From: Paraspadella gotoi
Taxonomy: Eukaryota > Animalia > Chaetognatha
Length of the DNA: 64,000 nucleotides
Reading direction: 5' to 3'
NCBI GenBank assembly: GCA_051294375.1
Contig: JBJCIZ010000028.1
Span: 329,108-393,107 of the forward strand
Part shown: piece after piece, positions 36,280-50,200 of the stretch
Position numbering within the stretch: the stretch's first letter is position 1
Layout: every line of letters starts with the position of its first letter
Program-made: the position numbers and the translations under genes
Notes under the pieces: generated by a model
Databases searched by the model: none
What the model saw: only the letters and a program-made list of their open reading frames with translations
Told to the model about the DNA's origin: nothing

Positions 36280-36780
36280 TAGTTTAAAAGTTAGGGTAAA
36301 GGAAGGTTAGGGATTAGGTTAGAGATCAGGGTTAGGGAATATGGTTAGGGATTAGGGTTAACGACTCAGGTTTAGGGTTAGAGATTAGTATTTAAAGTTT
36401 AGGGTTAGTGTTAAGGATTAAGTTAGTGTTAGGGATCAGGGTTAGGAATTAGGGTTAAGGATTAGGTTAGATATTAGGGTTAGGAATTAGGGTTAAGGAT
36501 TAGGTTAGAGATTAGGATTAGAAATTAGGGTTAAGGATTAGGATAGAGATTAGGGTTAGGAATTAGGGTTAAGTATTAGGTTAGATATTAGGGTTAGGAA
36601 TTAGGGTTAAGGATTAGGTTAGAGATTAGGGTGAGAAATTAGGGTTAAGGATTAGGTTAAAGATTAGGGTTAGGAAATAGGGTTCGGGATTAGGTTAGAG
36701 ATTAGGGTTAGGAATTAGGGTTAAGGATTAGGTTAGAGATTAGGGTTAGAAATTAGGGTTAAGAATTGGGTTATAGGTTT
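36280..36780 (+). repeat. Degenerate TTAGGG-derived array (~36-bp higher-order unit)
   Basis: ggattaggttagagattagggttaggaattagggttaa repeated. Confidence 0.9.
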
Positions 36781-37683
36781 TTCTATAAATCAAGGTCAAA
36801 TATTAGGGTTGAATTCAATATCAGGGATTAAGGAATAGTGCGAGCAGATAAATTTATATATTTTTAGTTTATAATGTAGAGTCTAATTCAAATTACTTTT
36901 GACAATATCATTTTTGAATGGTTTTCTCTTTCAAATGAATAGCTTGATGATTATTTCAATCTGGAGCGAAAAGAAAAAACTTCTACAATAATTGAAACGA
37001 GGAGCAATCAGGTTATAAAATTTTTTTCTACTAATAGAAAAATACTTGACTTTTTTTTCCACCAATTCGTAACATTCTAGCTAGGATAGTTGCTATGTTC
37101 TAAAAATTTTCATCAGAGGGTAAATTTCTGAAGAATCAGAATTTTTACTTTGAAAGTGGATCTTATTATCAATCCTTCAGTTCCCATTAGAGAATTTAAT
37201 TTTTTTTTTAATGCTTCATTTTTTGGATCAATAAGATACTGTGGTATGTAAAGGTATCACGAACCAGAATAAAAAAAATTATAATATGAATCTTACTCAA
37301 TAATAATCATCTCGTTTAAAATCTATTAAAAATAAAAATTTCAGTTTGGGGAAAAAAATTAGAAAAGATGACTTTGTTGATAAATAATAGTTACCATAGA
37401 AAATAAGTTAGGTTTTACCTGAGGATTTTTTTTATGATAACCAATCACCAAACTGACTTTTTATCACCAAAAAAAATTGTTTTATATTAGATAACTTCAC
37501 AATCAGCATTAAAAATAGTTTAACTGTTAAAAATATTATATTTTATTTAATATTATTAAATTTTATAGTTATCTTTTTTATTATTATCATTATTGTTAAT
37601 GATATTATTTTTTTTTAATATCTTATGTTATTTTCAATAATTAGGAGAGGACCCAGTTGACTCACTCAACCCTTTATGTGAGT

Positions 37684-38988
37684 TCAAAGATGTTTTATGA
37701 GACTGATTTTGACAGAAAAGCACTTTTTACACACTTTGCACTTGTATGGTTTTTCTTTTGTATGGGTTTCTTGATGAATTTTTAAATGAGTGCTTTGTGA
37801 AAACGACTTTTGGCATATTTTGCATTCATATGGTTTTTCTCCTGTATGAGTCCTATTATGCATTCGAAGACCCTGAAGTTGTGAAAACCTTTTAGGACAT
37901 CTTTCACTTTTGGACTGTTTTTCTGTATTATGAATTTTTTGATGTTTTTTAAGGCAACCTTTTGATGAAAAGCTCTTTTGACACGTTTCACATAAGTAAG
38001 GTTTTTCTTTTGTGTGAACTCTACTATGCCGCTTAAGAGTTCCACTTTCCGAGAAGCATTTTTGACATGTATTGCATTTATATGGCTTTTCATTGGTGTG
38101 CGTTTTAAGATGTGTTTTGAGACTACTATTTTGCGAAAAGCACTTCTGACAAATCTCACATTTGTATGGTTTTTCTTTAGTATGTGTTAGATGATGTATC
38201 TTTAAGTTACTAGGCTGTGAAAAGCACTTTAGACAAATTTCACATTTGTATGGTTTTTCTTTAGTATGTGTTCGATGATGTAACTTTAAGCTCCAAGAAT
38301 GTGAAAAGCTCTTATGACAAGTTTCACACTTATATGGTTTTTCTTTTGTGTGAGTTTTTTGATGAGTTTTCATGTAGCTTTTAGATGAAAAGCATCTTTG
38401 ACATATTTCACATTTGTATGGTTTTTCGTTTGTATGTGTTTTATGATGTATCTTTAAGTTACTAAACCTTGAAAAGCTTTTCTGGCAAGTTTCACAATTA
38501 TATGGTTTTTCTTTAGTATGTGTTAGATGATGTACCTTTAAGCAAAAAGAACGTGAAAAGCTCTTCTGACAAGTTTCACACTTATATAGTTTTTCTTTTG
38601 TATGTATTGCTTGATGTTTTTTCACGCTGCTTTTAAATGAAAAGCATTTTTGACAAGTTTCACATTTGTATGGTTTTTCGTTTGTATGAGTTGCTTGATG
38701 ACTTTTCAGGTTGCTTTTATAAGAAAAGCATTTTTGACAAGTTTCACACTTATATGGTTTTTCTTTTGTGTGAGTTGATTGATGGCTTTTCACGCTGCTT
38801 TGAGATGAAAAGCCTCTTGGACAAATTCCGCATCGGTATGATTTTGCCAATTTATTTTTGGAATCTTTATCAATCACTGATCTAACGTGATCGAGTCCAG
38901 ACGCAGAAAAAAAGTTTTCATCGTTATTCGAGATATTTTCCTCGGGGGAATTAATTGATAAACCATCTGATGGTTTGACACTTTCCAT
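37684..38988 (-). CDS. C2H2 zinc-finger protein, 434 aa, ~14 fingers
   Basis: Intact ORF of tandem C2H2 motifs with TKEKPY linkers. Upstream exons possible. Confidence 0.93.
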   Translation of the reverse strand: MESVKPSDGLSINSPEENISNNDENFFSASGLDHVRSVIDKDSKNKLAKSYRCGICPRGFSSQSSVKSHQSTHTKEKPYKCETCQKCFSYKSNLKSHQATHTNEKPYKCETCQKCFSFKSSVKKHQAIHTKEKLYKCETCQKSFSRSFCLKVHHLTHTKEKPYNCETCQKSFSRFSNLKIHHKTHTNEKPYKCEICQRCFSSKSYMKTHQKTHTKEKPYKCETCHKSFSHSWSLKLHHRTHTKEKPYKCEICLKCFSQPSNLKIHHLTHTKEKPYKCEICQKCFSQNSSLKTHLKTHTNEKPYKCNTCQKCFSESGTLKRHSRVHTKEKPYLCETCQKSFSSKGCLKKHQKIHNTEKQSKSERCPKRFSQLQGLRMHNRTHTGEKPYECKICQKSFSQSTHLKIHQETHTKEKPYKCKVCKKCFSVKISLIKHL

Positions 38989-39469
38989 TTCTTTTAGTTA
39001 TGTAACAACGCAAGTTTGTTTTTTTTTGTTAGATAAATCGTTAACGGAGAATTTTCAGTTTGTTCAAAACGCTTTATTATTAAACGATTTATTTTCGTTT
39101 ATTGAAAAAGAGACGTCCAGTAATAAGCAAAATGTAAGAAAAAATGTGAAAAGGCCCCGAAAGTGAAAATCGTGAAAATCAACGAGCTCAGTGAATGGAA
39201 ATGGGGAGGAAGAGGATGCGGGAGGCGAAGCCCCTCCTCCTCATCGGATTTCTCTTCATCATTTACTACCAAACGTCGAACCCTCGAGCTCAGTCTCGAG
39301 ATCTCGCGTCTAAAATGAAGCCAGTTTCACTGTACGCACCCATCCAGTTCAAAAACTGACGACGAAGATTTGAATATCCTCTTCCTCCTCCTATTCCTCT
39401 TCCTCTTTCTCCTCCTCTTCCTCTGCCTCTTTCTCCTACTCCTCCTCCTCCCCAAGACTCTCTCGTTCA

Positions 39470-39784
39470 TCGATCAATCAATCGATCAATCAATCGATCA
39501 ATCAATCGATCAATCAATCAATCGATCAATCAATCATTCAATCAATCAATCAACCAATCAATCAATAAGTAAATGGATCGATCGGCAGTCGGCAACATTA
39601 GTTATTGTATTCACGATTTGGTTATTTTGGATTACGGAACTAATTTTATTAGGAATTTCAGTGGTTGATTGATTGATTGATTTACTGATTCACTGATTGA
39701 TTGATTCACTGATTGATGAGATTGATTGATTATTGATTGATATTGATTGATTGATTGATTGATTGATCGATCGATTGGATTGAT

Positions 39785-39829
<45 letters not shown>

Positions 39830-39854
39830 ATTGATTGATTGATTGATTGATTGA

Positions 39855-39887
<33 letters not shown>

Positions 39888-40195
39888 GATTGATTGATTG
39901 ATTTGATGATCGATCGATCGATCGATTATTTATCTTTAATTAATTGATTGATGGATCAATTAAAATGATTTATTTATTTGTTTATCAATTAATTTATAGA
40001 TTTATTTACATATTTGTAAGAATATTCGTTAGCATTTTTTTCACTTCGTCTTCGTCTTCGTCGTCGTTTTCACCAAAGAAAGTAAATTGACAAAGAAGGC
40101 TTTTCTTGGTAACCGGTTATTAAATAATTAAATCTCAACCTGTATTTTTTAAAACAACGTGATACCAACACAAGAGAGAGAGAGAGAGAGAGCAG

Positions 40196-40262
<67 letters not shown>

Positions 40263-40291
40263 GAAAAATAAAAAGAGAGAGAGAAGAGAGA

Positions 40292-40337
<46 letters not shown>

Positions 40338-42090
40338 AAGAGAGAGAGACCTTCCTCGTCTTAACCGGTTTTTTTCCCTCTTCATTTTCTCAAACTTCGT
40401 CTCGTTTTACTCGTGTTTTGAAAACGTGACCCGAAAAAGAGAAAACGCTGTATTACGACATCAACGGAAGCATCTACAGCATCGACAAATGCCGTTGACG
40501 CCTGAATTCTCTTTCGCTCTTTGGTAGAAATAAACTGGGGATTTACACCTCAACGTTGAAAATGTCAACATGTCCCCAAAAAATGTGAATTTCAGCGCCG
40601 AAGGATGTAAAAAATAAAAAAAGAAATAATCGTAAGTAAATTTTCGGAATGTTGTTGTTGCTGTTGTTTTTGTTGTTGTTGCTGTTGTCGTCGTTTTAAA
40701 ATTCATTTTCCTTTGTATTTATTAAATTATCTTGCTTTTAAATTTAAATTTGAATTTAAATTATCCTGCCTTTAAACCATTCTCTGCTATGATACTGTAG
40801 TGACGTTGAACGCGACTGTTCCCAGACATGAGCGCCGTAAGGCTTCCTTATAGGAGATAGTATATACTAGATAAATACTATCCATGGTCCTCTCCTCTTG
40901 TTCATTTTAATATCAACTATTAATAAATTATAAGTTGACTCGATAAAATGAAAAAGCGAGCCGCGTTTTTTTTTAAATTATACCCATGAAATCACAAACT
41001 GCGTTGGCGCCAGATTCTTTCACCATTGACCCCCTTTCTTTGAAACGGCTTCCGCCATTTCGTCTCGGATGACTCGACGATAATGAGCGCCGCGGCGTCG
41101 ACCGCGCCCGCTTCCGGCGCGCCGGTTTCCACCTCGGTTCCGATAAACGCGACGGCCGGAAACGGAACTCTCACTTGTTTTGGGAATCCGGCGCCGGAAA
41201 ATTCGATTCTTTCTCAAATCGTTTATTACGTCTGTTGGTTCGTGGATCTCGTCGTTGGATTTTTGGAGGTGAGATCGATCGATCGACCAATCAAACAATC
41301 GATAATCGATCAACCAATCAATCGGTCAATCGGTCAATCGATCAATCACTCGATCAAACAATAAATCAATCATTCAATCGCTAAATCTTTCGATCAATCA
41401 TTAAATAAGTCAATCAATAAATAAATATACCAATCAATCACGACGTAAAAGAAAATTGAGAATGAATCAACGAAAACTTAAAGTGAAGAAATGACTGGAT
41501 GAATAAATTAATTAATTAATTAATTAATTAAATAATTAATCAATTAATTAATTTATTAAATTGATCACGGATTTAAAATGTAGTTCAGTGTAAAACGGTC
41601 AGCTAAAATTAACGAATAAGTAAAGGACTGAGTAATTTAATAAATAAAGGAATGAATAAGTCAATTAAAGAAGAATGTAAGGACTTAACCAATGAATGAA
41701 CAGGTTAATGAATGAATGAATGAATGAATGAATAAGTGAATTAACAAAGAATGTAAGAAAGACTTAACCAATGAATGAATTAATGAATTAATGTATGAAT
41801 GTATCATTTAAACATTTAATCATTCAATCAATCGATTAATCTGTCATTGAACCAATCAATCAATCAATCAATCAACTAATCAATCAAACAATCAATCAAT
41901 ATTTCAATAAATTAATCAATCAATCAATCAATAAATCAAACAATCAATCAAACCAATCAATCAATCATTAAATCAATCTATCTATCAATCAATCTATCAT
42001 TCAATCAATCAATTAATCAATCAATCAATCATTCAATCAATCAATCAATCAACCAGTAAATAAATCAATAAATCAATCAATATTTCAATA

Positions 42091-42141
<51 letters not shown>

Positions 42142-42165
42142 CCAATCAAACCAATCAATCAATCA
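39470..42165. repeat. (TCAA/TGAT)n and (GA)n microsatellite tracts
   Basis: Tracts at 39470-39565, 39660-39950, 40172-40348 and 41820-42165. Confidence 0.9.
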
Positions 42166-42729
42166 AACTCCCCCCCACCACAGTCCCTCCCCCTCGACTT
42201 CAACCTCGCCCTCGCTCTCTTCCTCACCGCCTCCCTCTTCCTCCTCCTCCTCCTTTGCTGCTGCTGCTACTGCTGCTGCAAAAAATGCTGCTGCGGCGGC
42301 GACGCGGACAAAAAGAGCGGGAAAAAGAAGAGGGTGAAACAAAAGATCGAATACACTTACCTGGATCCGCGAGAGGCGCCGGCGATCAAGAGCGCGAAGG
42401 CGCCCAAGACCGCATTCGATAAGGTTCCCTTGATTGGACGTTTCATAGAGGAGAAGGTGATTTTGATTTGATTTGATTGGATCGACTTGATTAGATTGAT
42501 TGATTGATTGATTTTTTCATTGTTTCATTCATTTATTTATTCATTTATACATTCATTCAGGGAGGGCTGTGGCAAAGAGGGGGGAAGGGAGGAAGGGCGA
42601 GAGAGGGAGAGAGAGAGAGAGAGAGAGAGAGACGGGGACAGTCAATGATTAATTGACGTTATATTTGTTTACTTATTTTTTTTTATTGATTTATTGAATG
42701 ATTGATTAATTGTTCTCTCTTTTTCATTC

Positions 42730-42799
<70 letters not shown>

Positions 42800-45700
42800 A
42801 TAAAACAATTTCACCAATTCGGCATTCTTTGCTTTTTTTTTTGGCCATTTTCAACAAACTGGTTATTTTGTCCTCTTTATCTTCTCCCTTCTTACTGAAT
42901 GAACGTTCATCCTTGCATCACAACGTAATAATGTTAAAAAGACCCCTTTACATTTACATTTACATTTACATTTGTCCCCAACTCTTCCCTTTCACGAAAA
43001 CAGGTTCAACCGAATCTCTACCGCATTCAACCGAATTCCATCTTGAAATCGGGTCTCGTTTCTGGCCTCAACGACGGCGACGCTGATGCCAGTTTCAATC
43101 TTGGTCGATTGCAATTCTCCATGAAGACTCAAGGGGGCAGAAGGTTGAGAGGGAAGGATCTCATCGTCGGGGTCATTCAAGGTTCGTGTTTCCGGGTAGG
43201 AGTATGATAATATAGTATGATAATGATACCGTTGCTTTTTTTTGTATTTAACAATTGTGTTGCTTGTTTTGTATTCAATTTTGTTAATATCGTTTTTGTT
43301 ATTTATACCAAAAAAAATTGATCGAGTATTACCCCAAGTTATGAGCATGTTTAATATACGTAGGACAAAACCGATGGGCAGACAGACAGCAGAAAGACCG
43401 AGAGACGGACATACCGATTTACAGACCGACCGACCAAAAAGTGATTCATATACTCGCGGCGCAAGAAGGACAAGAAAATTAAAATAGTTTTAAATAGTTA
43501 AAGAGGCCAAAACCTTTTAGTAAAGAAATGCCTTTCAGCCTTGAGTTTAGAATTGCGAAGATACGGAATTGAGAAAAGTTTAAATAAAATATTTGACCAG
43601 TCATCCATATAATTATTCGATTAATTAATTAATTTATGGAATTATTCAGCCCGATGAATTTTTTATAAAAAAAATATTTCCCTCGGTTTGCAAGCGAGCG
43701 ATCTAAACTCTTCTGGACAAAGCAAGACCGGCGTCTCTTCATCCTTCATCAGCGTCGCCCTTCTGCCGCAAAACATCAACTACGAAACGAGGGTCGTGGA
43801 GCGAAACGATGATCCTACTTTTAGCGAGGTGAGGAGAGAGTAAGTCGCCCAGATTTCTTATTTCCTTAATACGAACTCTGGAATGAAATGTGGTAATTGT
43901 CTTTCATAGTTGATGTTAGTAGGAATCGACGTTGTTCTTTTAGTTGGCGAAATTAAGCCTGTTTAAATGGTGACAATTTTACAAGCGCCGGTAGAAATAT
44001 GCTGTCATTTACAAACCAGTGGTTAATTCATTGATTTTAAAAATTAGTTGAGAAGAAAATACTAAAAATATTTATGTATTAAAATTTTATATTGATCAGT
44101 TAAGATATGCCTTGACAATGAGTGGAGAAAGTTGGCTTGTAAAATCGGGTTTCATTTTCCAACTCACTGTTTTTAAATTCTTTTTTTTGGGGAACTTTTA
44201 GCACTTTTTAAACAAAGTATTTATTAAAAATATTAACAATATTTAATAATCCTTCAGAAAGCCCTAAAAATATGAAGAGAATGATATACTTACGAAAGCT
44301 CTAACATAAAAAGTGAGCTGCCAGCCCTTGGTTCAATTAAGAGTGTCAAAAGTGAATTATTTAAAATTTTAAATCTTTTTCCAAAATATATGACCTGTTT
44401 AAATTATTATAAACATAAAATATTATTATTTATATAAGTATATGAAAAGAGCCTGAGAAAAAAAGGATTTAAGATAGCCAATCACTATTTAATAAATATC
44501 ATAAATTTACTCTTCCAGCTATTGATTTTTAAAAAGATGTCTCGTTTTTGAGTATCGTAATTAAATTAAAGCTGGGCCAGTTAAATTTTATACTACAGTA
44601 TTGTAAGTATGTCATTCTTTTTAGATTTGAAAGGGCTTTCAGAAATAATAAAATTAATATTATTTTATTTCAAATTTCTTCAGAAAACTTACTGAAAGTA
44701 AGAGAAAAAATTGAAATCTAAAAAAAGTGAGTTGGAAAATCAAACCCGATGTTATACAAGCTAACTTTCTCTCCTCATATTGTCAAAGGCATATCTTAAC
44801 TGATTCAATATAAAATTTTTTAACAGCATAAATAGTTTTAAATATTTTCTACTCAACTAAATTTTTAAAATCAATGAAAATAACCACTGGTTTGCGAAAT
44901 GACAGCATATTTCTAACCTGGCGCTTGTAAAATTGTCACCATGTATGTATTATTATTTATCGGTAATTTTAAATTCGCAGATTCAAAAGTTTCTCTCTCT
45001 CTCTCTCAGTCTCTCTCTCTCTCTCAAATGACTTAAGGCTCCACACGTACGATCGATGTCTTTAGACAACGAAAATCTGAACTTTCAATAATTACCATAA
45101 TTTCTTGATCTCATTGGATAGTACGAACTTTCTTCATTTAAAAAACGGTAAGACTTAAGTTATCTCTTTCTTATCACTTAGACTTCCCATGTAAATTTCT
45201 ATGAGTTAAAAATACGGTAAGAGCATGATTTCTTTAAATGATTGTCTTTAATCTCATTAACTGCTTAGAATTTTAGATATAAGTATGTTCCGAATTTTTA
45301 TGGTATAGATAATTTTTAAAAGATCGAATTCCTCATAAGAATCTTCACGTCTTTTACTTTACATAAAATCGTTTTTAGGTAAGACGCCAACATTATCTGA
45401 TACAATTTTTTTCCTCATACGCTTTTTCTCCGGATTCTTTTTACTTCCCTTTTTTCTTCTCTTCTTATATTTTCCTCTTCCTCTTTCGCTCCCTTACTCT
45501 CACTATGTCACTTACCATTTTTCGGCCCCTAAGCCTTTTCTGCCACTCTTGCACTTTCCACCTTTTTTTCTCCTTCTCTCTTTCCCTTTCTTTTCCCCTC
45601 TTTTCTTTCCAAATTTTCCTCCTCATTTCCTACCTTTTATTTGTCTCACTATTTTTCCTCCATTTGCCTATATTTTTTTGCCTTTGGCCCCTCTTTCATT

Positions 45701-46711
45701 TTCTTCCCTTCTCCTTTTCTTGTTTTCTATTTCCTCTTCCCTCTCACAACGTTTATATTGAGCCATATCAAAGAAAATCTTTAACATGCATTATAAGAAA
45801 AGAAAATTGCACGGTAGCGCATGATTTTTTCTTTCAATTTTGGTTGCTTAGCAAATTTAGTAAAATCGACAGATTTTGCGGAAAATTTTTTCGCAAAATC
45901 TGTCGATTCTCAGAAAAAAGAAGTCCTGACCTTTCTATTGGGTAAAGGATGCGGTTTTTTTTGTTTTATAAACTGTCAGTAATTACCCTATCCATCTGTT
46001 AAAATTAATAAAAGAGTTAAAAAATATTTTCTTTATCATAAATAAATGCAAGTCACAAAAAGTCACAAATAAAAGTTGTCTTTTAAAAATTATTTGTGGC
46101 TAAACGATAAGAGTTTTTTTTGATAATTTTGTAGGTGTTAAATACTTATTCTGTTGACTATATTTTTCTGTTAGTTAAGCCAATTTAAACATATTTTTGT
46201 TTAATAAAATATAATAAAAACTAAAACTGCGACTTTTTGACTTGTCAACTTAAAAATTAATTGCATAAGTGAACTATGAATGATATAAGGAAAATATTTT
46301 ACTCAAGACTGAGGAAGATAAGGAAGAAAGGAATTCCAAAATAAAAAATTCTTTCTCAACTTTCCTTGGCATTCAAATGTGAAGACGAAAAGTGAAAAAT
46401 GGACAAAAATGGACATGATTTTTTTTTCCTAAAGTTGACAAAAATGTTTACTCTTATAATATTAGAATAGCTGGAGATGGTTTTACACCAATCCGTAGTA
46501 TTCGGCCTAAATTTATATTATGGTTGAGAATCTAGAATTAATTTTGTTAATATACTGAACAATACTGGAAAAAGTAGTTTTTTTCCTCTGAATGCGAGGA
46601 TCGTAAGCAGAGGCTTAAATGTAAATTACATTGTAATGAAGTAGCTTTTTATGGTCTATTGTTTTAGTTTGTGCTTAAAGCCCCATTGAATAAACGCAAA
46701 TTCAAAATTAA

Positions 46712-46768
<57 letters not shown>

Positions 46769-47259
46769 AAGGAATTCACTTTCGATAACGTCTCCAAGCT
46801 GTCTTCAAGCCGCCTTCGCTTCCGCGCCTGGCACTTCAACCGAGTCGTCGTCGACGCTCCTCCCATCGGCGAGATCGTCGTCCCGTTGGAGAAGTACGAC
46901 CTGGGGATTCCCGTGGAAGAATGGCATCGCTTCAAGCCGCCCGTCGAGAAGGGACCGGGGTGAGGAAAAAAAAGGATTTTGAGAGACGTTTGGTTAGTAT
47001 GTTAGTTTGTTAGTATGTTTACTTTCTTTGTTCATATTAATCGGAAGTTTTTTTTTTTTATTAATTAGGTTTCGGTTAATTTGTTTTTCCCCCCTTTTGG
47101 TTTTGTATATTTTATCAATTGTTTGTTTATTGTTTTTTTGTTTTTTTTAATTTTTTGTTTGTTCTTTTGTTTATTTATTCTTGTCTTTATTCTTTATTCT
47201 TTTTTTTTCTTGTTTTCCTCTTCTCTTCCTCTCTTCTCTGTCTTTTCTTTACCCTCTCT

Positions 47260-47290
<31 letters not shown>

Positions 47291-50200
47291 NNNNNNNNNN
47301 NNNNNNNNNNNNNNNAAACGAGACGAGATGCTCCACCACTTCGAATTCGCCTCATCTGTCTCTCGCTCTCCAATATTCTCCGCCATCATCACCATTTCTC
47401 TCTTCTCCTCTCTCTCCTCTATCTCCGCTCCGTCTCTCTCAGTCTCAACCAATTGAAGTCGGCCTGCATCTGTCTCTCCCCCATACTCCAATGATCACCA
47501 TTTTCTCTCTCTCTCTCTCTCCTCCCCTCCTTCTCGCCTCTCTCTCAGTCTCACAACCATGTCGAATTCGGCTCATCTGTCCTCATCCCTCCATACATTC
47601 TCCTAGTCTCTCGCTACTCACATTCTTCTCTAATCTCATCCTCTCTCTCTCTCTATCAGTACCCTCCTTGGCAACCACTTCGAATTCGAGCACTCATCTG
47701 TCCTCTCCTCCAAATATGTCTCGTCTCGGACTCACATATCTCTCTTGCATCTCACTCCTCTCTCCTATCCTTCACGTCCCTCTCTCTCAGCTCCAACGCA
47801 CTTCGAATCTCGCCTCATCTGTCTCTCCCTACCAATATTCCCTCCAAGGCTCACCCTTTTCGTCTCGATGCTCTCATCCCTCTCTCTTCATCCTCTCCTA
47901 TCTCCCCCGTCATCATCATCAGTTCCAACCACTATCGAAATTCGGCCATCATCTGTTCTCCATCCAATATTCCCTCATCGCACTCTCTCATACCATCTTG
48001 TCTCCGTCCTCTCCTCTCCTCTCTCTCCCTCTCATCAGTCCTCCCCCATCAACCACTTCAGACATCGGCCTCATCTGTCTCTCCATCCAATATTTCCATA
48101 CATCTCTCTATCTCCCCTTGCTCTATCTCCCTCCTCTCATGTAGATCAACCACTAAAGAGGTCACGATCTGCGCCTCTGTAAGTCTGTACGACGTTCACT
48201 ATGCTCGAATATTCTCCTCTCATCTCTCACGACCTACCCATCCACTCCTCCATCCATCTCATCTACGCCTCCACCAATTCGAATTCGGCCTCATGCTGTC
48301 TCTACCACATACCAAATATTCTTCTCTCTCTGCTCTCTCCTCTCTATCTCCCTCACTCTCATCTCAGTTCACAAACCACAACTATCGAATTAACGGCCAT
48401 CATCATAACTGGTCTCTCTCCTCCAATATTCTCCTCATCTCCTAGCTCGCGCTCGCCAGTCCCTCCTACCCTCCCTCTCTCTCAGCTCCAACCAACTTCG
48501 AATTTCGGCCTCATCTGCTCTACCACCTGACCAATATTCTCGTACCGTCTCTCTCCTCCTCTCCCTCTCTAATCTCCCATCGCACTCATCTCTTCAGTTA
48601 CAAAATGTCGAATTCCGGCGCGTCTGCATCATGTCATCTCCCTCCAAATAATTATTCTCATACATCATCTCCCCCCTCCCTCCCTCCCATCGCTCTCTAC
48701 TCAGCTCCAACCACATTCGAATTCAGGCTATCTGAATTCTATCCCTCATATTCTCTCATATCTCTTCTCCCTCTCTATCTCCCTCCCTCTCTCCTCAGTT
48801 CCAACAACTTCGAATCTTGGCCTCATCTGTCTTCCTCCAAATCATTCCCATCTCTACATTCTCCCATCCCATAATCACATCCCTCCCCGCTATCTCAATC
48901 ATCAAGACATGCAACCCACTTCGAATTCGGACCGCATCTGTCTCTCCCCATCCAATATTCTCCTCTCTCTTCTGACCTCTCCTCCATATCTCTCACCTCC
49001 CTCTCTGCTAGTATCCAATTCCACTTCGAATTTCAGGACTCACTTTGGTCTCTTCCTTTCCAATATTCAGCCTTCCTCTTCTTCTTTCCTCCTACTCTCT
49101 ATCCTCCTCCTCCATCTTTCATGGCTCCAACACTTCGAATTCGCCTCATCTGTCCCTCCCTCCAATATTTCTTCTCTCTCTCTCTCCCTCTCTATCCTCC
49201 CTCCCTCTCTCTCATGTTCAACCACTTTGAATGCCGCCTCAATCTGTCTCTCCCTCCAATATTTCTCTCTTCTCTCTCCCTCTCTTCTCTCCCTCCTCTC
49301 TCTCACTCCAACCACTTCGAATTCGCCTCATCTGTCTCTCCCTCCAATATTCTCTCTCTCTCTCTCCTCCCTCTCATCATCTCCCTCTCTCATGCTCAGT
49401 TCCAACCACTTCGAATTCGCCTCATCTGCTCATCCCTCCAATATTCCTCTCTCTTCTCCTCCCTCCTCTCTCCCTCCCTCTCTCTCAGCTCCAACCACTT
49501 CGAATTCGGCCTCATCTGTCCTCTCCCCTCAATTCTCTCCTCTCTCTCTCCCTCTCATCTCCCTCCTCTCTCTCAGCTCCAAACCACTTCGAATTCGGCC
49601 TCATCTGTCTTCCCTCCAATATTCTCCCGTCCATCGCGACTCACCGATTTGCGTCCTCGAAGCGTCTAACTTACCTTCCGACCCGACGGCTAAAAGAGGA
49701 GAAAAGAAGGAGGAGGAGGAATGGGAATAAGGAAGGGGAAGGAGGAAGAGGATTGTGGGAGGAGGTGATCAAGACGGATCCTATGGTTAAGGTGAGAGGT
49801 GGAGAGGGGGGAGAAGAGGGAGAGAGAGAGGAGAGGGAGAAAAGAGAAGAGAAAGGGAGGAGAGGGAGAGGGTAGAGGAAGGGAGGGAGAGAGAGGGAAG
49901 AGAGGGAGGGGAGGAGGAGAGAGAGGAGAAGAAGGAGAGGGGTGAAGATAGAAAAGAGAGGGGGGACGAAGAGGAAAGAGGAGGAGGGAGAGGAAGAGAG
50001 GGGAGAGGGGAGAGGGAGAGGAAAGAGAAGAGAGAAAGAAGGAGAGGAAGGAGGGGAGAGGAGAGGGAAGGGAGGGAGGGAGAGGAGAGAGAGGAAGGGA
50101 GGGAGATAGGGTGGGAGAGAGGGAGAGGAGGGAGAGAGAAAAGGAAGGAAAGGAGAGGGAGAGGAGAATGGAGAGAGAGAGAGAGCAGAGGGAGAGGAAG

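Noticed and set aside
47330-49625. Repeat-spacer-like pattern suggesting a CRISPR array
   Set aside because: The intervening sequences are CT-rich variants of one tract rather than unique spacers, the repeat is exon sequence, there are no cas genes, and the context is eukaryotic.
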